A stretch of 32,000 nucleotides of DNA, taken from positions 73,476-105,475 of the forward strand of contig NZ_PGGB02000002.1 of NCBI RefSeq assembly GCF_002803295.2. The letters run 5' to 3'. Position numbers and translations under genes: made by a program. Shown piece by piece: positions 31,291-32,000 of this stretch (positions within the stretch are counted from its first letter, which is position 1; each line of letters begins with the position of its first letter). Under the pieces are notes generated by a model. The model did not search any database. It was not told the DNA's origin and saw only the letters and a program-made list of their open reading frames with translations. Origin of the DNA: Caedibacter taeniospiralis. GTDB taxonomy: Bacteria; Pseudomonadota; Gammaproteobacteria; Francisellales; Francisellaceae.

Positions 31291-31944
31291 TCACTCATCA
31301 AATCGATGATATTTTCCATGAGAGACAAATACCAGGCCATTACCCTTTTCATATTCAATAGAGACACATTGGGCAATGGCGTGATTACGCGTCCCAACCT
31401 GTTCAGCGAAACGTAATGTATATTGATTTAAATCAAATGCACATCCTTTGAGGGTCAAAGAGGTCAGCTCAAAAAGGGGAACAATTGAAATCATCTTTCC
31501 TTTAACATTTTTTAATTGCAGTTTTCTTGGCAAAATTTGCGACATACCATGGCGATCAATGATCGTAAAATCAAACTGCTGCTGGTAAGCGAACAACGTG
31601 GATAAATTGCCAAGATAGTGGTCCATTTCCCTGCCGCCAAAACCAAATAAAAACAGCGTTGTATAACCTTCTTTCGCCAGAAAGACTAATGACTTTTCAA
31701 AATCTGTCGAGTTTTGATCTTCATCTTGCTGATATGGCACTTCTCTAAGCTCCGCACTTTTAATTGAATCTCCGTCACCAATCACAAGCCTGATCTGCTT
31801 CATAAGAAACTTGGAGTGTTTTAGCTGATTAAACGCCCCATCAGCGCAATAGATGGGCAGATCAGATAAATGCTGTCGGATATAATGCTCACAAAAATCA
31901 AGATCTATCTCACCATTGATAAACAAAATTGCTTTTTCCACCAT
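31291..31944 (-). CDS. thiN: Thiamine diphosphokinase; the ORF extends to 31974 but the start is likely 31944 (MVEKAILFING...)
   Basis: PIYCADGAFNQL, RLVIGDGDSIKS, DQNSTDFEKSLVFL, LFGFGGREMDHYLGNLSTL, VGTRNHAIAQCVSIEYEKGNGLVFV. Confidence 0.9.
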   Translation of the reverse strand: MVEKAILFINGEIDLDFCEHYIRQHLSDLPIYCADGAFNQLKHSKFLMKQIRLVIGDGDSIKSAELREVPYQQDEDQNSTDFEKSLVFLAKEGYTTLFLFGFGGREMDHYLGNLSTLFAYQQQFDFTIIDRHGMSQILPRKLQLKNVKGKMISIVPLFELTSLTLKGCAFDLNQYTLRFAEQVGTRNHAIAQCVSIEYEKGNGLVFVSHGKYHRFDE

Positions 31945-31973
31945 ATGAAAACTCGCTTTTTTTAGTACGCGCA

Positions 31974-31987
31974 TGAGTATATACTCA
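31974..31987. promoter_or_regulatory. 14-bp palindrome tgagtatatactca upstream of thiN
   Basis: Perfect palindrome, about 30-43 bp upstream of the likely thiN start. Confidence 0.4.
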
Positions 31988-32000
31988 CGGCAAGCACAAA

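Overview
This 32 kb window is mostly tightly packed, single-copy housekeeping sequence from a gammaproteobacterium. The protein repertoire and gene neighbourhoods look Legionellales/Coxiella-like, but that is inference. Confident genes: birA, ispA, waaA, hldD, a PPK2 polyphosphate kinase, folC, accD, trpS, a PAPS-reductase-like protein, pilD, sucCD, an RluC-family pseudouridine synthase, a HIT protein, kdsB, a Trm112-like protein, a TusA-like protein next to a PP-loop ATPase, purA, class I fumarase, a SPOR protein, yggS, a PilT-type ATPase, trkH, glyQ, asnS and thiamine pyrophosphokinase. An AAA-ATPase-like (DUF1703-type) gene runs off the left edge. I found no CRISPR array, no recognisable tRNA or rRNA, and no defence or novel multi-gene system that I could defend. 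The items worth a second look are: (1) an SGNH/GDSL lipase gene split by a decayed IS256-family element (about 22957-24363); (2) a nested inverted-repeat, MITE-like element upstream of trkH, one arm of which has an exact 23-bp inverted copy 27 kb away at 996-1018; (3) a degraded region with hairpins and repeats at about 1135-1700; (4) a DUF29-like gene with a +1 frameshift; (5) a TusA + PP-loop ATPase pair; (6) a palindromic GAGTATATACTC motif repeatedly placed 30-50 bp upstream of genes; (7) glyQ without an adjacent glyS. Identities come from recognising protein motifs by eye; no database search was run.
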